The notes under the pieces were generated by a model. It searched no databases and was not told the origin of the DNA. It was given only the letters and a program-made list of their open reading frames with translations. A stretch of DNA of 64,000 nt from Pseudomonadota bacterium (GTDB lineage: Bacteria; Pseudomonadota; Gammaproteobacteria; JBCCGL01), in the NCBI GenBank assembly GCA_039029275.1, contig JBCCGL010000011.1:44676-108675 (forward strand). The letters are read 5' to 3'. This document shows, in pieces, positions 61,940-64,000 of the stretch (position 1 is its first letter; the number at the start of each line of letters is the position of its first letter). A program made the translations under genes and the position numbers.

Positions 61940-63175
61940 CTAAAAGTTGGATTGAAACCATTCCTTCATCCTGCGAAATATTCCCACTTCCCGTGCGGCA
62001 TCGCTGCCACCAAACGCTCCACTGGATTCGTTTTTGACGCCAAACAGCAACAGCCCCACGCCGGTGGCGTGAATAGGATTGCGCACCACATCTGCGAGAC
62101 CGCTGACATACTGCGGCGCTCCAAGACGCACCGGCATGTGAAAGACTTCTTCAGCAAGTTCAACGACACCTTCCATCTTTGAACTGCCGCCAGTCAGTAC
62201 AACACCCGCGGCGCATATTTCTTCAAACCCGCTGCGGCGCAATTCCGCCTGCACCAAACCCAGTAGTTCTTCGTATCGCGGCTCGACGACCTCGGCTAAG
62301 GTTTGCCTCGCGAGTCTGCGTGGCGGTCTGTCTCCGACGCCAGACACTTCGATCGTGTCGTCGGGATTGGCCAATTGTCGCAATGCGCACGCATATTTGA
62401 TTTTGATTTCTTCTGCGTGCGGTGTCGGCGTGCGCAAAGCAACTGCAATGTCATTGGTAACCTGGTCGCCCGCTATGGGAATAACCGCCGTATGGCGGAT
62501 TGCGCCCTCAGTAAAAATCGCTATATCTGTCGTGCCTCCGCCAATATCGACCAGACAAATGCCAAGTTCCTTTTCGTCTTCGGTCAAAACCGAATGGCTG
62601 GATGCGATTTGTTCAAGAATGATGTCGTCCACTTCCAACCCGCACCGCCGCACACACTTGATAATATTCTGCGCGGCGCTCACTGCACCGGTGACCAAAT
62701 GCACCTTGGCTTCGAGTCGCACACCCGACATACCAATGGGCTCGCGCACACCTTCCTGTTGATCGATCACATACTCCTGCGGCAGAACGTGCAAAATTCG
62801 CTGATCGGCCGGAATCGCAACTGCTTTGGCTGCGTCGATTACCCGCTCAATATCAGTTTGCGCAACTTCTCGATCACGAATGGCAACAATGCCGTGCGAG
62901 TTAAGACTGCGGATGTGGCTTCCCGCGATTCCGGCAAACACCGAGTTAATTTGACAACCCGCCATCAACTCCGCCTCTTCAACCGCGCGCTGAATCGACT
63001 GCACCGTTGATTCAATATTCACCACCACACCTTTCTTCATGCCGCGCGCGGGGTGACTGCCTATGCCGATAATCTCGATCTCGTTGCTCTCGTTGACCTC
63101 ACCGACAATTGCCACCACTTTTGAGGTGCCAATATCAAGGCCGACGATCATTCGGTTGTCTCCATTTTTAGCCAT
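61940..63175 (-). CDS. ftsA: cell division protein FtsA
   Basis: GLDIGTSKV, VDIGGGTTDIA, VVLTGGSS. Confidence 0.98.
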   Translation of the reverse strand: MAKNGDNRMIVGLDIGTSKVVAIVGEVNESNEIEIIGIGSHPARGMKKGVVVNIESTVQSIQRAVEEAELMAGCQINSVFAGIAGSHIRSLNSHGIVAIRDREVAQTDIERVIDAAKAVAIPADQRILHVLPQEYVIDQQEGVREPIGMSGVRLEAKVHLVTGAVSAAQNIIKCVRRCGLEVDDIILEQIASSHSVLTEDEKELGICLVDIGGGTTDIAIFTEGAIRHTAVIPIAGDQVTNDIAVALRTPTPHAEEIKIKYACALRQLANPDDTIEVSGVGDRPPRRLARQTLAEVVEPRYEELLGLVQAELRRSGFEEICAAGVVLTGGSSKMEGVVELAEEVFHMPVRLGAPQYVSGLADVVRNPIHATGVGLLLFGVKNESSGAFGGSDAAREVGIFRRMKEWFQSNF

Positions 63176-63177
63176 GG

Positions 63178-63996
63178 CTAACTCTCCGATCCCGTTAGTT
63201 GGCCGGTTGCAAAACCGTTTGGGTACCGCATGTCAACGTATGCGATTGCTTCAATTTGAGGGGCAATGTAACGTGAGTAGACCGAAACAAATCGAGCCAG
63301 TCGTTGGTCAAACCAGCCTTTACCGAGGCGAATCGAAAGACCATTGTCGAGCAGCAGTGTGACCGCGTGGCGATGATCACTGTGAATGCCATGCAGCTTT
63401 ACGCCGATAGCGCTTAACGCTTCTCGCGCCTGCACGAATCGCTGCCAGATTGCCTGCGGTTTTTCCGATTCGCTCTGCAAAAACGGCAGGCTGGAAAAAT
63501 GCTGACGCCAGGCAACGCGTGTTCTCTTCTCAGCATTAAGCTGCGGCGGTTCGATCACATCGCCTTCACGAGTAAACAGATTGTCTGAATTCCAGCGTGC
63601 TACCGGCGAATGTTCAATTAGATTTACAACGATCGCGTCGGGCCAAATGCGCTGCACGCTTGCGCGCTCTACCCACTCCAGATCGTTCAGTTCGTTTTGC
63701 AGCGCGCTCGCATCGAGACTGAAAAATCCGAAGCGCGAGTAAGCCGCAACCCGCTCTTGTACCGCAGCTTTATCGACATACTGAAAGCTACCTTCGACTT
63801 TGACCGAATCAATCGGAAAATGGTGGGGCGATTGTAAATACGCGTGCACGCGCCAAACGCAAAACGCAATCCCCGCCAGCATCAACACGACAAGTGCACG
63901 ATAAAGCGTGCGCCGCATGAGTTGCACAAACTCGCTTGGCGCATTTGGTTCCGCTGGACGTCGAGTAGCCCTGATGCTGGCGCCGCTCACACTCAT
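63178..63996 (-). CDS. ftsQ: cell division protein FtsQ
   Basis: TM helix, POTRA (WVERASVQRIWPD), DMRYPNGFA; directly upstream of ftsA. Confidence 0.93.
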   Translation of the reverse strand: MSVSGASIRATRRPAEPNAPSEFVQLMRRTLYRALVVLMLAGIAFCVWRVHAYLQSPHHFPIDSVKVEGSFQYVDKAAVQERVAAYSRFGFFSLDASALQNELNDLEWVERASVQRIWPDAIVVNLIEHSPVARWNSDNLFTREGDVIEPPQLNAEKRTRVAWRQHFSSLPFLQSESEKPQAIWQRFVQAREALSAIGVKLHGIHSDHRHAVTLLLDNGLSIRLGKGWFDQRLARFVSVYSRYIAPQIEAIAYVDMRYPNGFATGQLTGSES

Positions 63997-64000
63997 GCTT

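Noticed and set aside
62303-63010. 235 aa ORF antisense to ftsA
   Set aside because: Shadow ORF with no recognisable domain.

Overview
Chromosomal window of a probably marine Gammaproteobacterium (inferred from the dcw, secA, argJ and pil gene order). It has three blocks. (1) 1-7947: a cbb3 cytochrome c oxidase locus (ccoN partial, ccoOQP, a small membrane protein, ccoG, a short ccoH, a DsbD_2/TauE-like gene, ccoI, ccoS). (2) 7944-42670: a ~35 kb accessory stretch rich in N-methylamine and betaine catabolism. It holds a LysR-controlled operon (GcvT/DMGDH-like flavoprotein, non-pyrrolysine MttB methyltransferase, DpkA-like reductase, D-amino acid dehydrogenase, HpbD-like betaine epimerase), a BCCT transporter, an MCP, a copper amine oxidase, a TetR/Rieske unit, an FrhB-family Fe-S flavoprotein, DUF1636, surface proteins (beta-helix, RCC1-PKD lipoprotein, collagen-like), metY and a second GcvT-like gene paired with a class III aminotransferase. 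(3) 42910-64000: core genes nadE, pilSR-pilABCD-coaE-zapD, argJ, secA, M23 peptidase, dciA, lpxC, ftsZAQ. The best candidate for an undescribed system is the 9004-16455 operon. It resembles a cyclic-imino-acid betaine (proline or pipecolate betaine) pathway in which an MttB + GcvT-like pair takes the place of the usual Rieske/HpbA demethylases, with no corrinoid protein gene nearby. I saw no tRNA, rRNA, CRISPR array or mobile element. All family assignments come from motif recognition and recalled sequences; no database search was run.
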